Of a stretch of DNA of 64,000 bases, positions 50,141 to 60,903 are shown piece by piece. Source of the DNA: Candidatus Caldarchaeum sp. Lineage in GTDB: Archaea; Thermoproteota; Nitrososphaeria_A; Caldarchaeales; Caldarchaeaceae. The DNA lies in NCBI GenBank assembly GCA_038844785.1, contig JAWBRA010000004.1, positions 12,225 to 76,224 of the forward strand, given 5' to 3'. Every line of letters starts with the position of its first letter. Position 1 is the stretch's first letter. The position numbers were made by a program, and so were the translations under genes. The notes under the pieces were generated by a model, which was not told the origin of the DNA, did no database searches, and saw only the letters and a program-made list of their open reading frames with translations.

Positions 50141-51109
50141 TTGACAATAAAGGAAACCCGTTACACATACCTTGAGGAACTTCCCGGCGTAAGCAAGGCT
50201 TTAGCGGACAAGCTGAGGGAGATGGGATATACAACGGTCGAATCCGTCGCCACAGCCACGGTAGCCGAGCTGATGGCGGTAGGTTTTGACGAAAAGCATG
50301 CATCACAGGTCATTGCAGCCGCAAGAGAAGGCATCGAAATCTCATGGGTTACTGCGAAAGAGCTCGCTGAAGTCAAAACATCGATAGGCCGTGTGACTAC
50401 AGGAAGTAGCAGGCTTGACATGCTACTGGGAGGCGGAGTAGAGACTCAGGCTATTACAGAGTTCTTCGGCGAGTTCGGAACGGGCAAGTCTCAGATATGC
50501 CATCAGCTGGCAGTCAACGTCCAGCTGCCTGTCAGGAGAGGAGGGCTGGACGGAGCCGCCTTATACATAGACACCGAAAACACTTTCAGACCCGAGAGAA
50601 TAGTTGCGATGGCGAGAAACGTGGGGCTGGACCCAGACGAGGCTATGGAACGTATAATCTACTCTGAGGCATACACAAGCGACCATCAAATGCTCCTCCT
50701 CGAGAAAGCGGACAAGGTGATAAAGGAGAAGAACGTCAGGCTTATAATAGTTGATTCTCTTACATCGCATTTTAGAAGCGAATACTTGGGCAGGCAGCTG
50801 CTTCCCGAGAGGCAGCAGAAGCTCAACAAACACATGCATAAGCTGGTCAGGCTTGCGAGAGCCTTCAACGCAGCCGCCGTAGTAACAAATCAGGTCATGG
50901 CCAAGCCAGACGATATATTCAGCACATCCGCCGTCTTCCCCGTAGGCGGGCACATAGTAGGTCACACCAGCCACAACAGGGTTTTGCTTAGGAGGGTAGC
51001 TGGAAGAGCCATAAGGATAGCGAGGCTCGTCTCAAGCCCATACCTACCCGAGGGGGAAGCAGTTTTCAAAATAACTGAAAACGGAGTGGAGGATGTAGAG
51101 GATGGCTAG
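50141..51109 (+). CDS. radA: DNA repair and recombination protein RadA
   Basis: N-terminal Hh[32 protein letters not shown]; no intein. Confidence 0.96.
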   Translation: MTIKETRYTYLEELPGVSKALADKLREMGYTTVESVATATVAELMAVGFDEKHASQVIAAAREGIEISWVTAKELAEVKTSIGRVTTGSSRLDMLLGGGVETQAITEFFGEFGTGKSQICHQLAVNVQLPVRRGGLDGAALYIDTENTFRPERIVAMARNVGLDPDEAMERIIYSEAYTSDHQMLLLEKADKVIKEKNVRLIIVDSLTSHFRSEYLGRQLLPERQQKLNKHMHKLVRLARAFNAAAVVTNQVMAKPDDIFSTSAVFPVGGHIVGHTSHNRVLLRRVAGRAIRIARLVSSPYLPEGEAVFKITENGVEDVEDG

Positions 51110-51111
51110 AG

Positions 51112-51474
51112 GTGTTTGAGATGTCGCCGAAAGAGGTTGCTGGGTTTCTCGAGCAGCTTTTCAAAAACAAGTTCGCCGAAGCGGAGCGGATGCTGCAGCA
51201 GCTCGAGGAAAAATATCCAGAAGAGAAGAGGTACATCCACGCACTCAAAGGCATATACCATTCCTATTCGGGTGAGGACCACGACTCACTAATCTACATG
51301 CTCTACTTGAATGAGGAGATTAGGAAACGGAGGCGTGAAATAATCGGCCACTTGGAAAAGCTTTCAAAGCTGTTGGGAAAGGAGGATAGATATTTTACCG
51401 CATGGAGAGACGTTATACAGCTTTCAGACAAGCTTCCAAAACCCGCGAAAGCTTCACCTACATCAGAAGGTTGA
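51112..51474 (+). CDS. Hypothetical helical protein
   Basis: Starts 2 bp after radA; amphipathic helices, ALKGIY. Confidence 0.7.
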   Translation: MFEMSPKEVAGFLEQLFKNKFAEAERMLQQLEEKYPEEKRYIHALKGIYHSYSGEDHDSLIYMLYLNEEIRKRRREIIGHLEKLSKLLGKEDRYFTAWRDVIQLSDKLPKPAKASPTSEG

Positions 51475-51757
51475 AGAAAACAATCCATGAAAGAAGGTAG
51501 ACGCCAGCATATCCTCCAGCCCCGTTCACGTATGATTGCCGTCTACGGACCCGCATGCCACCTGCCCTCCACAAAACTTCAGCCAAAACCATGTACAGCA
51601 AGCAGGCTGAGAACAAGAGTAGGTAGGTGTACAGCGGGGTTTTAAACAGGGCTACGGCGTAGGCGGACAAGTATCCGTAGACCGCAGCCGTCAAAACCTT
51701 TATCCAGTAAACGTAGTCGAAACCCAAAACTATCCGTTGTTCTGCCTTCAAAACCAT
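51458..51757 (-). CDS. Small 3-TM protein, EMC6/Rab5IP-like
   Basis: YW-x-K...G in TM1, basic loop, G-x-x-x-Y-x-x-x-Y-x-x-x-W-x-x-x-FNL C-terminus. Confidence 0.6.
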   Translation of the reverse strand: MVLKAEQRIVLGFDYVYWIKVLTAAVYGYLSAYAVALFKTPLYTYLLLFSACLLYMVLAEVLWRAGGMRVRRRQSYVNGAGGYAGVYLLSWIVFFNLLM

Positions 51758-51814
51758 GAATTAAATCTTGGCTGAACCGAGGTTTTAATCCAACCATGCC
51801 CTAGTTTGTCTGGG

Positions 51815-53713
51815 ATGGTGCAGCTGAGCTCGGCGGAGATAGCCGTGCTGGTTAAGGAGATAGGCCCGATAGTTAGGCAGTCTTTTGTGAAGAACGTTTA
51901 TGGAGTGGGCTCTAATTCCTTGGCGCTCAAGCTTTCCAAGCCTGGCTTCGGTACCTTCGAGCTCTGTCTTGCCGCCGGCTCGGCTTTCTACTACACCGAT
52001 AAAACCCTGCCCAAGCCCGAAAAGCCCAGCGACCAAATAGCTCGGCTGAGGAAGCTGATAACGGGGCTAAAAATAACGGAGCTGGTGCAAAAAGGCTCTG
52101 AAAGAATAGTAGAGTTACGGTTTGAGAAAAACAATCTTTACCTCGTGGTTGAGCTGATGCCTCCGGGCAACATAGTTTTGTTGAAGGATGGGCTGGTTGT
52201 CTGGGCTTTGGAGTTTTATGAAAAGGCTTCTAGGACGGTTAAAAGAGGAGTTGAATACAAGCCTCCCGCTGAAAAGTTCTCTGCCCTGCCTGGGGTCCTT
52301 CCGAAAAACTTTTTCAGCATGCTGAACCCAGGCTCCCCCATCGTCGCCTCCCTGTCAAGAGACCTTGGACTAGGCGGCAAGTATGCCCAGGAAGTGCTTT
52401 TCCGAGCAGGCGTAGACAAACAAGCTAAGACCTCCTCGCTCACGGATGAGGAGAGGCAGAAAATCTCCGACGCTTTGTCAGCTGTTTTGACCGAGGTTGA
52501 ATCGCCTAAGCCAGCCGTCTACTATGTCGGTGATGAAGCGGTCCCATCCGTCATAGAACTGAAGTCTCTGGCTGACGCCAAACACGTCAGTACAAACATT
52601 TTCAGCGAAGCCGTGATGACAGCCCATCTTCATGATATGGCCGAACAAGAGAGGAAACTTTTAAGCAAACAAATAATCGAGAAAATAAAGAATCTCGAGA
52701 AAGAAAAGAACGACAGACTCTATGTTGTGAAAACCCTATCGGAAAAGATGAAAGTCCTGGAAAATTTTATTGAGAAAATACGTTCTGCATCCCACCTACT
52801 CGAGGATGTTTGGACAGATCCTGAGAAAAAGGCCGCAGCTATAGCGGAGGCGGCAGGATGCAAAGCAGTTGTGAAACAGGATCTTTTACAGCTGGAGATG
52901 GGGGAGGCAAAGCTGACCCTTAGGAAAGGCGAGCCACTCCACCGACAGCTGGGTAAGCTTTTTGACGAGATGAAAGCTTTGAGGAAAACGGTCGCTAAGC
53001 TGCAGAACGAGGTTGAACAGCTAGAAACTAGGATTAAACAAGCTGAAGCGGAGAAGCAGGCTTTAGCCGCTTTGGTAACTGTGAGAAAGCCTGAGGCAAG
53101 AAAACCGAGAAAACCTTTCATGGAGTTCAGGACATCGGGCGGTTTCACCGTCATGTTGGGCAGAGACGCTAGCTCTAACGTTCTTCTTCTCAGAAAACAC
53201 CTGTCAGACGATGATTTGGTGCTACATGCCGATATCCCAGGTTCGCCAGCAACCATATTGAAAAATGGAGCAAAAGCCTCGGTTGAGGACATCGAGGAAG
53301 CCGCCCAGATGACAGCTTGCTACAGCCGGGCTTGGCGTGAAATGTTCACAAACGTTTCGGTCTACTACGTTAGCCCGAGCCAAGTTTCGTTCAAACCTCC
53401 TTCCGGACAGTACCTTCCTAAGGGCTCTTTCATGGTGTACGGCAGAAAAACCTACGTTACGGCTGAGCTGCGTCTAGCAGCTGTTTCTCTCGGAGATGGC
53501 TGGCCAGCGGTAGTTCCCTACCTTACCGCCCGTAGACTCAACCTCTCCCACGTGGAGCTGAGGCCTGGGAGGACTAACGCAGCCGAGGCTGCTGGCAAGG
53601 TTCTTGAGCTCTTAAAAATCCCCACCGAAGAAGAGAATGTAAAGGCTCTGGAAGCTCAAATCCCCTACGGGATGTGTTCAGTGTTTTATCAAGACAAGCT
53701 TATTAAGAGTTGA
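51815..53713 (+). CDS. rqcH: Ribosome rescue factor Rqc2/RqcH (NFACT family)
   Basis: NFACT-N, HhH GLGGKYAQE, coiled coil, GRDA-x-x-N, HADIPGSP, GQYLPKGSFMVYG. Confidence 0.9.
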   Translation: MVQLSSAEIAVLVKEIGPIVRQSFVKNVYGVGSNSLALKLSKPGFGTFELCLAAGSAFYYTDKTLPKPEKPSDQIARLRKLITGLKITELVQKGSERIVELRFEKNNLYLVVELMPPGNIVLLKDGLVVWALEFYEKASRTVKRGVEYKPPAEKFSALPGVLPKNFFSMLNPGSPIVASLSRDLGLGGKYAQEVLFRAGVDKQAKTSSLTDEERQKISDALSAVLTEVESPKPAVYYVGDEAVPSVIELKSLADAKHVSTNIFSEAVMTAHLHDMAEQERKLLSKQIIEKIKNLEKEKNDRLYVVKTLSEKMKVLENFIEKIRSASHLLEDVWTDPEKKAAAIAEAAGCKAVVKQDLLQLEMGEAKLTLRKGEPLHRQLGKLFDEMKALRKTVAKLQNEVEQLETRIKQAEAEKQALAALVTVRKPEARKPRKPFMEFRTSGGFTVMLGRDASSNVLLLRKHLSDDDLVLHADIPGSPATILKNGAKASVEDIEEAAQMTACYSRAWREMFTNVSVYYVSPSQVSFKPPSGQYLPKGSFMVYGRKTYVTAELRLAAVSLGDGWPAVVPYLTARRLNLSHVELRPGRTNAAEAAGKVLELLKIPTEEENVKALEAQIPYGMCSVFYQDKLIKS

Positions 53714-54324
53714 GTAGGGGGTTTAACGTAGAAAAGATGGTTAAGCCGACGGCGTTGGTTGACGAGGTAAGGGTTCGGGACGTCATGTCAAGTCCCGTAG
53801 TCGAGGCCAGCGAAAACGCCACCATCGTCGAGGTTGCCGAGCTTATGAGAAAATACGGAATAGGAAGCGTTGTGATTAGCTCAAACGGCAGACCCGTTGG
53901 AATAATCACGAAAACCGACATAGTCTGCCAGGTTGTTGCGAACGGAAGCGACCCCAACACAGTTCGGGCACGTGACATCATGACAACGCCTCTCCAAACC
54001 ATCGAGCCCGACGTCCTTATAGAAGACGCTTTAAACAAGATGAACAGGCTTAAGATAAGCCGTTTGGCTGTAGTCTACAAGGAGAAGCTTGTAGGGGTTG
54101 TAACGATTAAGGACATCCTTCAAGTAACCCCTGAGATACTTACTATCGTGAGGGAGAAGCTCAGGATAGGGCTGGCTGCGGCGGCCCCGTCCAACAACCC
54201 CGTCGAGGGATACTGCGAATCATGCGGCGAATGGTCAGACCTTCTAGTCAGGGTTGAGGACCAGCTTTTATGCGAGGAATGCAGGCTCGAGCTTGAGGGT
54301 AAGGGACTCAAGCCCACGGAATGA
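53710..54324 (+). CDS. CBS-pair protein with C-terminal Zn ribbon
   Basis: Two CBS repeats, CESC...CEEC. Confidence 0.9.
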   Translation: MSRGFNVEKMVKPTALVDEVRVRDVMSSPVVEASENATIVEVAELMRKYGIGSVVISSNGRPVGIITKTDIVCQVVANGSDPNTVRARDIMTTPLQTIEPDVLIEDALNKMNRLKISRLAVVYKEKLVGVVTIKDILQVTPEILTIVREKLRIGLAAAAPSNNPVEGYCESCGEWSDLLVRVEDQLLCEECRLELEGKGLKPTE

Positions 54325-54740
54325 AATTCTTCCTCGACACGATGTTAGGCAACCTCGTAACATGGCTTAGGCTGTTGGGATACGATACAAAATACAACAG
54401 AGACCTGCGTGACGAGGAGGCGATAAAGGCCGCCAAAGCCGAGGGTAGAATTTTCGTCACAAGGGACAGAGCCTTGGCCCAGAAATCGCGTAAGCTTGGG
54501 GTGGAAACAGTCCTACTCCAGACAACCGACACCGTGGAATCCCTGAAAACGATCAAGCAGATAACGGGAATATCTCTTGTCTTCAAAGGAGACAGCAGCC
54601 GATGTCCTGCATGTAATGAGGTGTTGCAGAAGGTTTCTGAAAATCCTTTAAAATGGGAGTGCACCTCATGCGGCAAATCATACTGGGTTGGAGGACATTG
54701 GAGAAACATTAGTAAAACGCTTAAGCTTCTACAAGGGTAG
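54321..54740 (+). CDS. Mut7-C RNase domain protein (PIN-like plus Zn ribbon)
   Basis: DTMLGNL..WLRLLGYDT, TRDR, RCPACN, CTSCGKSYW.G.H. Confidence 0.9.
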   Translation: MKFFLDTMLGNLVTWLRLLGYDTKYNRDLRDEEAIKAAKAEGRIFVTRDRALAQKSRKLGVETVLLQTTDTVESLKTIKQITGISLVFKGDSSRCPACNEVLQKVSENPLKWECTSCGKSYWVGGHWRNISKTLKLLQG

Positions 54741-54744
54741 TGGT

Positions 54745-55362
54745 ATGGAGGATAAAATAGGCGTCATGCTTGTCTCACAGGCTAGAAGGGCTGTTGAGCT
54801 TTTTCTCAGGGATGGAATTCTGTTAAAACCAGAGGACGACCCTGCTTTACAGGAGAAAAAGGGAGTTTTTGTATCGATCTACGTATATCCTTTGAAGGAG
54901 CTTCGAGGATGCATTGGTTTTCCGTATCCTCAAATGCCTTTAGGCGAGGCTACTGTCCGAGCTGCGATAGCCGCAGCTGTTGAAGACCCTAGGTTTCCAC
55001 CCCTCGGCTATGAAGAGCTTCCCAAAGTCGTCTTCGAGGTAAGCGTTCTCACAAAGCCTGAGGAAGTTGACACAGCCTCCAGAAAAGATTTGCCGAACAG
55101 GATTAGAGTTGGAGTGGATGGGCTCATCATCGAAACCCCCTACGGGTCTGGTCTTCTTCTACCCCAGGTTCCAGTCGAGTACGGCTGGGACGCTGAAGAA
55201 TATCTTTCGCAGCTCTGCGTGAAAGCGGGACTGAACCCCACCTACTGGCTGCATGGAAAAATGCGTCTTCTCCGTTATACCGCCGAGGTTTTCGCTGAGC
55301 AAAGCCCCGGGGGAAAAGTTATACGCTTCCAGCCAGTGGAGTGGAGATGCTTGCGCATATAG
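54745..55362 (+). CDS. AMMECR1-domain protein
   Basis: GVFVS, LRGCIG, DPRFPP, EVSVLT, GLLLPQV, C-x-KAG. Confidence 0.93.
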   Translation: MEDKIGVMLVSQARRAVELFLRDGILLKPEDDPALQEKKGVFVSIYVYPLKELRGCIGFPYPQMPLGEATVRAAIAAAVEDPRFPPLGYEELPKVVFEVSVLTKPEEVDTASRKDLPNRIRVGVDGLIIETPYGSGLLLPQVPVEYGWDAEEYLSQLCVKAGLNPTYWLHGKMRLLRYTAEVFAEQSPGGKVIRFQPVEWRCLRI

Positions 55363-56513
55363 CGGTTTGCGGCATAGGGCTTGGACACGTTTCGAGAAGC
55401 CTTGTTGTGGCTAATGAGCTTATGAGCAGGGGGCATAAAGTTTCTTTCTCAGCTTACGGCCAGGCTGTTGAATATCTTATCCGGCATGGTTTTCAACCCG
55501 TTAAAGTACCTGGCGTAAGCTACGGCGTCGGATGGGACGGGGGAATTTCAGTCAAGCAAACCATCAAAAACAATCTGTTTCTCCCTTTCAAGATTGCTTC
55601 GCAGACAGCTGCTGAGATAGCCTGCTTAAACGAGCTTGACGCTGATGTTGTCTTGTCCGACACACGGGCTTCCGCGGTCTTGGCAGCCAAGATTCTCGGC
55701 AAACCCGTCGTCACGATGCTCAACCAGTACAACCTCTTGCTGCAGACAACCAGATACAGGTGGCTGGCTGAGATGACTCAGCATACAGTCCAGGCTCCAA
55801 CACTGGTTTGGAACATGTCGGATATGATCGTTATCCCCGACCTTCCACCACCATATACCATCTCCGAGAGAACGTTAGGCATCCCTGAAAAACAAAGAGA
55901 GAAAACGGTTTTCGCCGGCCCCTTAGTCGAAAAACTTTCTCTTTCTAGAAATGATTTGACGGCTCTTAGAAGTAGTTATGGGGCTGAACACAAACCGCTT
56001 GTAGTGATTGTTGTCAGCGGAGGGCCGTTGGAGAAAAAAGTGTTGGTGGATTGGTTTCTATCCATAGCTGATGGATTGAGCGACGATTATGCATACGTAC
56101 TCTCCACGGCTAACCCTATGTCGTCCGAGACTAGGAAGGTTGGGAGGCTGCGTGTTTACGGCTGGGTTGAGGATTTGGACAGGTTGTTGATGGCTGCTGA
56201 CTTAGTTGTCGGGAGAAGCGGGCTGACCCTAATCTCAAAGTGCATCGCCTACGGCAAGAAGATGCTGCTCATCCCGACACCACACCACGCTGAACAATGG
56301 CACAACGCAGAGAAAGCCATGAAGATCGGAGCCTGCAAAATAATCGACCAAAACAGCCTCAACCCCACATTTTTCGAACGTATGGTGGAGCTTGTGTTTA
56401 AGGACGAGGAGATGGATATATGCCTGAAGATGTTGAAGAAAGTTGTGGAGCAGTCGGGTGGAGCAGCTAAGGTGGCGGAGCTCGTGGAGAGGCAGGTTAT
56501 AAAGGTTTCGTAA
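55341..56513 (+). CDS. GT28/MurG-like glycosyltransferase
   Basis: CGIGLGHVSR, GRSG, HAEQWHNA. Confidence 0.88.
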   Translation: MEMLAHIAVCGIGLGHVSRSLVVANELMSRGHKVSFSAYGQAVEYLIRHGFQPVKVPGVSYGVGWDGGISVKQTIKNNLFLPFKIASQTAAEIACLNELDADVVLSDTRASAVLAAKILGKPVVTMLNQYNLLLQTTRYRWLAEMTQHTVQAPTLVWNMSDMIVIPDLPPPYTISERTLGIPEKQREKTVFAGPLVEKLSLSRNDLTALRSSYGAEHKPLVVIVVSGGPLEKKVLVDWFLSIADGLSDDYAYVLSTANPMSSETRKVGRLRVYGWVEDLDRLLMAADLVVGRSGLTLISKCIAYGKKMLLIPTPHHAEQWHNAEKAMKIGACKIIDQNSLNPTFFERMVELVFKDEEMDICLKMLKKVVEQSGGAAKVAELVERQVIKVS

Positions 56514-56550
56514 AAGACTTAATTTAGGACAGGCCACACCTAAAACACGT

Positions 56551-57072
56551 ATGGGGCAACAGCCTAAAAACTTTCCCCTGGACGCTCGGCTCGGAACCGT
56601 TCTAGGTCTCTTGGAGGTGGTTGTTGCGTATGGAGGCAGGGCGGACCTAGCCTTCATAGCACGCGAGCTGCAGATGGAGGTTGACCAGATACTGCCTGCC
56701 TCGACGGCCGCCGAGATGCTGGGCGTTCTGGAGATACATGACGGCGAAGGGATTGCAACACAGCTGGGCATAAAGGTAAGCAAAAGCCTTGCGAAGGGAA
56801 AGAAGAAAATACTCAGGGAACAGCTGCCGTCGCTAGAGCCTTTCTCCACAGCGCTTTCTCTCGCGAAAGAGAATCCGAAAGGTTTCAGCATAGACGATTT
56901 GGTGAACAGGCTGTCCAACGACCCTAGGTTTGTGGAGTATGCTGAGAACGCAGACAAGCTCAGGGAGCTTTTGATGGATTGGATGATATACACCGAACTG
57001 CTAAGCTACGACGGCAGCTCAGGATTGTTCAAGCTAAAGGCCCGGAAGACTCATCCTAACTCATCAACGTGA
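56551..57072 (+). CDS. Stand-alone AAA-associated C-terminal-type domain protein (NitT/TauT ATPase accessory domain)
   Basis: GLLEVV...[19 protein letters not shown]...AEMLG, W-x-x-Y-x-ELLSYD. Confidence 0.75.
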   Translation: MGQQPKNFPLDARLGTVLGLLEVVVAYGGRADLAFIARELQMEVDQILPASTAAEMLGVLEIHDGEGIATQLGIKVSKSLAKGKKKILREQLPSLEPFSTALSLAKENPKGFSIDDLVNRLSNDPRFVEYAENADKLRELLMDWMIYTELLSYDGSSGLFKLKARKTHPNSST

Positions 57073-57847
57073 AGATTTGGTCGACATACTCGTAGAAGGC
57101 CGGGCTTCTCCTGTCCCTCGGCTTGTCCATAGATATTATTACCTCACCCTTCACCTGTGCAGGCCTTCCGCTTAAAACCAAAACCCTGTCGCTAAGCTCA
57201 ACAATTTCTTCCACGTTGTGGGATACAAGCAGAACCGATGAAGGGGGAAGGGTTTCATGGGCTCTCAGCATGTCTATTTCACGGCGTAGAGCAACGGCTG
57301 TCAGCGGGTCGACGTTGCTGAAAGGCTCGTCCATCAGCAGAACGTCAGGGTTTGTAACCAGAGCTCTAGCCAGAACAACTCTCTGCTTCATACCGCCGCT
57401 CAGCTCGCCCGGATAAGCATACTCAAAGCCCGACAGCCCCACCATGTCAAGATAAGCTCTAGCCCTTTCAACCATCTCGTCTTTCGAAAGATTCTCAAAC
57501 CTCTTCAAAGCGAGGACAACGTTTTCAAGAACTGTTAGCCATGGGAAAAGGGCAGGCTCTTGGAAGACAAGCGAAATAGCTGGAGTGGGCCCGTTTACCG
57601 GCTTTCCCTTATAGAGTACGATACCGCTCGTTGGCTTCAGAAGCCCCGCCATAATCTTCAGAAGCGTTGTTTTCCCCGAACCGCTCTGTCCAACAACCCC
57701 AAGGAACTCCCCGAACTTCAATTCGATGTTCATATCTTTCAAAACCTCTATGACCATTCCCTTTTTCGTGTAGAAGCTGTGGGAAACGTTGACCACGCTT
57801 AGTAAAGCCTCCAAGGATGTCATCGACCCTAGCCGGCTATCTTCCAA
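57056..57847 (-). CDS. NitT/TauT-family ABC transporter ATP-binding protein
   Basis: [27 protein letters not shown]. Confidence 0.93.
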   Translation of the reverse strand: MEDSRLGSMTSLEALLSVVNVSHSFYTKKGMVIEVLKDMNIELKFGEFLGVVGQSGSGKTTLLKIMAGLLKPTSGIVLYKGKPVNGPTPAISLVFQEPALFPWLTVLENVVLALKRFENLSKDEMVERARAYLDMVGLSGFEYAYPGELSGGMKQRVVLARALVTNPDVLLMDEPFSNVDPLTAVALRREIDMLRAHETLPPSSVLLVSHNVEEIVELSDRVLVLSGRPAQVKGEVIISMDKPRDRRSPAFYEYVDQIFTLMS

Positions 57848-59414
57848 CTTGTTCTTGAATTTTAAGCTTGGAGATAACCGTGTCGTACAATCTTTTCCAG
57901 AACAGCCTGTTCATCAACACAATCAAAGTTGACATTATCGTTATGACAGCTATGCTTCCTACAAGGTTTCCTCTGTAGGTCATGATGGAGAGAAGCTTTC
58001 CAAGACCTGGGAGACGTGTTTCGGCGACGAAATCACCCAGCACAAGCCTCTCAGCCACAACTAAACCATTCCAAGCACCTCCAGCCGCAGTTATGCAGCC
58101 TGTCACCAAAGCCGGCATAGCCCTCGGCAGGTAAACGGTCTTGATTTTGTCTACGGTTTTAAGCCCTAGTAGATCGGCCACCTCAAGCTCAACAGCTGGA
58201 ATGTTTCTAAGCCCAGACAAGACTTGGAAAAAGACGTACCACTGTGTTGCGGATATTATCATGATAAACGCTCTAAGCTCATCTTGTTCTGCGAGAAGGT
58301 TTGCGAAGAGCGGATATACTATGGTTACTGGGATGGATGCAACCACCTGCAGAACAGTTGTGACCGCGGCGGCCGCTTTCGGCCTTCTAGCCACAGCTAT
58401 AGCTGCCGGCAGGCTCCAAGCCACTGAAAAAACCACAGCAACCCAAACCCTTGCTAATGATAAGAGGGATGATTGAGCCAATGTGTCTAAACCAATGGTG
58501 TTGATGGTTTCCGCGATGGCGGCGACGCGTGCGAGGAGCTCCTCACCCCTGGCTACAAACAGGGTTATCAAAAAACCTCCTAGGACGAAGAACAAAACAC
58601 CTCTCAATATCGAGGAGATGAAAGCGACATGTCTAACAAGCCCTACGACCGCTTTGTTGTACTCGGAGAAAGCATGGCCCGGATGGACTGGGATTGTCCG
58701 TGCAACACCCATCAACCTTCTGAAAGCAAGCCTCAAGCCTGAAAACTCTCCACCGTGCTTTCTCTTAGGCTCCGTCAAATGTGTGAGAGGGGTGAAAACG
58801 AAAAAAGTTGTCAGAACTGTCGCTAAGACAAGCATGGCCAGAGTTACGGCAACGCCTACGATGTCGCCGGAAACCGTAAACCTTGAGATTAAAGTCCCCA
58901 GACCGAAAAGCTCGACTTCTGTCTCTCCGAAAGAAAGTATTTCGCTACCAACCAGGAAGAAGATGCCGTTAGCCCACGACGGCTGGATGTTGTGCAGAAC
59001 CCTTGGAAGGCTTGCGGGAATGTAAAGATACCTAAGCTTGTCCAACGGGCTCATCCCAAGAAACCTGGCTGTGTCAAGCAGCTCTGTCTTGATAGTGCGC
59101 GTAGACTCGTAAACGGCGAACGTTATGTTCCAAACCTGGCTTGTGAAGATAAGGAAGATGGCCGCTACTTCAGACCCCACAGCCGGAGAAAGGAAGTAGA
59201 AAAATTGCAGCGCTAAAGGAAAGAAACCGAGTATGGGTATGGACTGGAGAATGTCTAGAACAGGTATGGCAAGCCTTTCGAAGATTCTGTTGGTCCCGGC
59301 TGCCGCTCCAACAATCAGGGAGAAGATTATGGAGAAAAGAAGCGCCACACTCATTCTAGCCCACGATGCCGCGACAGCCGCTGCAGCAACAATCAAGTAG
59401 TCTATCGCCGTCAA
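57837..59414 (-). CDS. NitT/TauT-family ABC transporter permease with duplicated TM domain
   Basis: Two permease halves; [23 protein letters not shown]. Confidence 0.9.
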   Translation of the reverse strand: MTAIDYLIVAAAAVAASWARMSVALLFSIIFSLIVGAAAGTNRIFERLAIPVLDILQSIPILGFFPLALQFFYFLSPAVGSEVAAIFLIFTSQVWNITFAVYESTRTIKTELLDTARFLGMSPLDKLRYLYIPASLPRVLHNIQPSWANGIFFLVGSEILSFGETEVELFGLGTLISRFTVSGDIVGVAVTLAMLVLATVLTTFFVFTPLTHLTEPKRKHGGEFSGLRLAFRRLMGVARTIPVHPGHAFSEYNKAVVGLVRHVAFISSILRGVLFFVLGGFLITLFVARGEELLARVAAIAETINTIGLDTLAQSSLLSLARVWVAVVFSVAWSLPAAIAVARRPKAAAAVTTVLQVVASIPVTIVYPLFANLLAEQDELRAFIMIISATQWYVFFQVLSGLRNIPAVELEVADLLGLKTVDKIKTVYLPRAMPALVTGCITAAGGAWNGLVVAERLVLGDFVAETRLPGLGKLLSIMTYRGNLVGSIAVITIMSTLIVLMNRLFWKRLYDTVISKLKIQEQVGR

Positions 59415-59442
59415 CCGTGCGTGGATAAATGTAAGCTATGGT

Positions 59443-60381
59443 TTAAACCTGGCGACGTGCTTCCCTGATCATCTGTTTAACAAAATACAGGGGGAGGTGT
59501 TGAAGCAATTCCCTGTAAGGTGTTTCGGCTGCTCTCAGCTCCCGGGCTATCCTGACAGCCGACCCGAGCCTCTCAACCATCTGCTTTTTGAGAAAATCTT
59601 CGTGGGGTGAGACGGGGGCTACAGCTCTGAACACGTTCCTCAAACTGCCAGTTCTGGAAGCTATTAGAATGTGTAGAAACCTGTCTCTCACCTCCTGGGA
59701 TACATACATCATCCGCCCCTTTTTCTTTTTGACATACAGCTCGGCGAGGTCGTCGGCTAGCTGGTAGGCGGTCCCCACCTCCAGCCCGTATCTTCTCACC
59801 AAGCCTATGGTTTCCTCGTCGGCTCCTGCGAGAACCGCGCCGGCGTGGGCTGCGGCCTCAAACAACGAGGCTGTTTTCTCCCTGATCATGATCATGTACA
59901 GCCTGTCGGTTAAAGCAGCTTTGTTCAAAACCTCGTCGAGGATTCCTTTAGAGGCTTTGTCCCATGCGTCGATGAATATCCTCGCTATCTCGACTCCTAT
60001 GTTTAACGCTATGTCGAAAGCCATGTTTATTATCCTATGTCCTTGCAGAACTGCTTTTCCCATGCCTATCTGGTACCAGAGGCTTTGAACACCACGCCTT
60101 GTTTTGTCTAGGTCTATGATGTCGTCGTGTACTAGGCTTGCGCTGTGAGCCAGCTCCAGCGCAACGGCCACGTCAAGGGCTTTTTGATACTCTTTTCCGT
60201 CCAAAGCCTTGAAAACCGTCAAGAGCAGTAGGGGCCTTAAACGTTTCCCGCCAGCCACCGCCCTCTCTATCAAGAATCTGTCAGGCCTTTCAGCGATTTT
60301 GCTCCTAAGGTTTTTTTCAAGGTCTTCCCTAAGGGATGCAAGTAGATTTTCTGCCGAGACATTTTTGAGGGCGGTGTCCAT
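59443..60381 (-). CDS. Polyprenyl diphosphate synthase family protein
   Basis: GGKRLRP, ASLVHDDIID..RRG, KTASLF, YQLADD. Confidence 0.88.
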   Translation of the reverse strand: MDTALKNVSAENLLASLREDLEKNLRSKIAERPDRFLIERAVAGGKRLRPLLLLTVFKALDGKEYQKALDVAVALELAHSASLVHDDIIDLDKTRRGVQSLWYQIGMGKAVLQGHRIINMAFDIALNIGVEIARIFIDAWDKASKGILDEVLNKAALTDRLYMIMIREKTASLFEAAAHAGAVLAGADEETIGLVRRYGLEVGTAYQLADDLAELYVKKKKGRMMYVSQEVRDRFLHILIASRTGSLRNVFRAVAPVSPHEDFLKKQMVERLGSAVRIARELRAAETPYRELLQHLPLYFVKQMIREARRQV

Positions 60382-60414
60382 CCGTTATTTTCTTGTACAG
60401 GCTTGTTTTATGTT

Positions 60415-60846
60415 TTATACGTATTGCTGGATACGTAGCTCAAGATATCTTTTCGGCACAGCTCCTACAACCATGTCCACGGGTCTTCCGTTTTTGAAGA
60501 ACAGCAAAGTGGGGATGCTCATTATGCCATATTCCGAGGCTGTATGCGGGTTTTCATCCACGTTGAGCTTTCCGAAGACAACCTTACCCGCATACTGTTT
60601 CGCCAGCTCTTTCACCACGGGTGCTATAGCTCTGCAGGGGGCGCACCACTCAGCCCAGAAATCAACGACGACAAAACTATGCGATGAAATGAACTGCTTA
60701 AAGTTTAGGTCAGACAGCTCCACAGGCTCGGACAAAGGTTGTTGAATTTTTTCTGCTTTCATGCTTGAAAGAAGCTCCGCCAGCTTACGCATCTTTATCC
60801 GCTCCAACTCATCGTCATAAGACATGCCGGCCATCTGGCCATTCAC
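60415..60846 (-). CDS. trxA: Thioredoxin
   Basis: DFWAEWCAPC, SIPT. Confidence 0.95.
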   Translation of the reverse strand: MNGQMAGMSYDDELERIKMRKLAELLSSMKAEKIQQPLSEPVELSDLNFKQFISSHSFVVVDFWAEWCAPCRAIAPVVKELAKQYAGKVVFGKLNVDENPHTASEYGIMSIPTLLFFKNGRPVDMVVGAVPKRYLELRIQQYV

Positions 60847-60903
60847 CGACTAATAAATCTTGGTTGTGAACAATTCTTAAATCAAAGTGATGAAAAACCT
60901 ACG

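Noticed and set aside
50141-51109. Intein in RadA
   Set aside because: Normal length of 322 aa with continuous motifs
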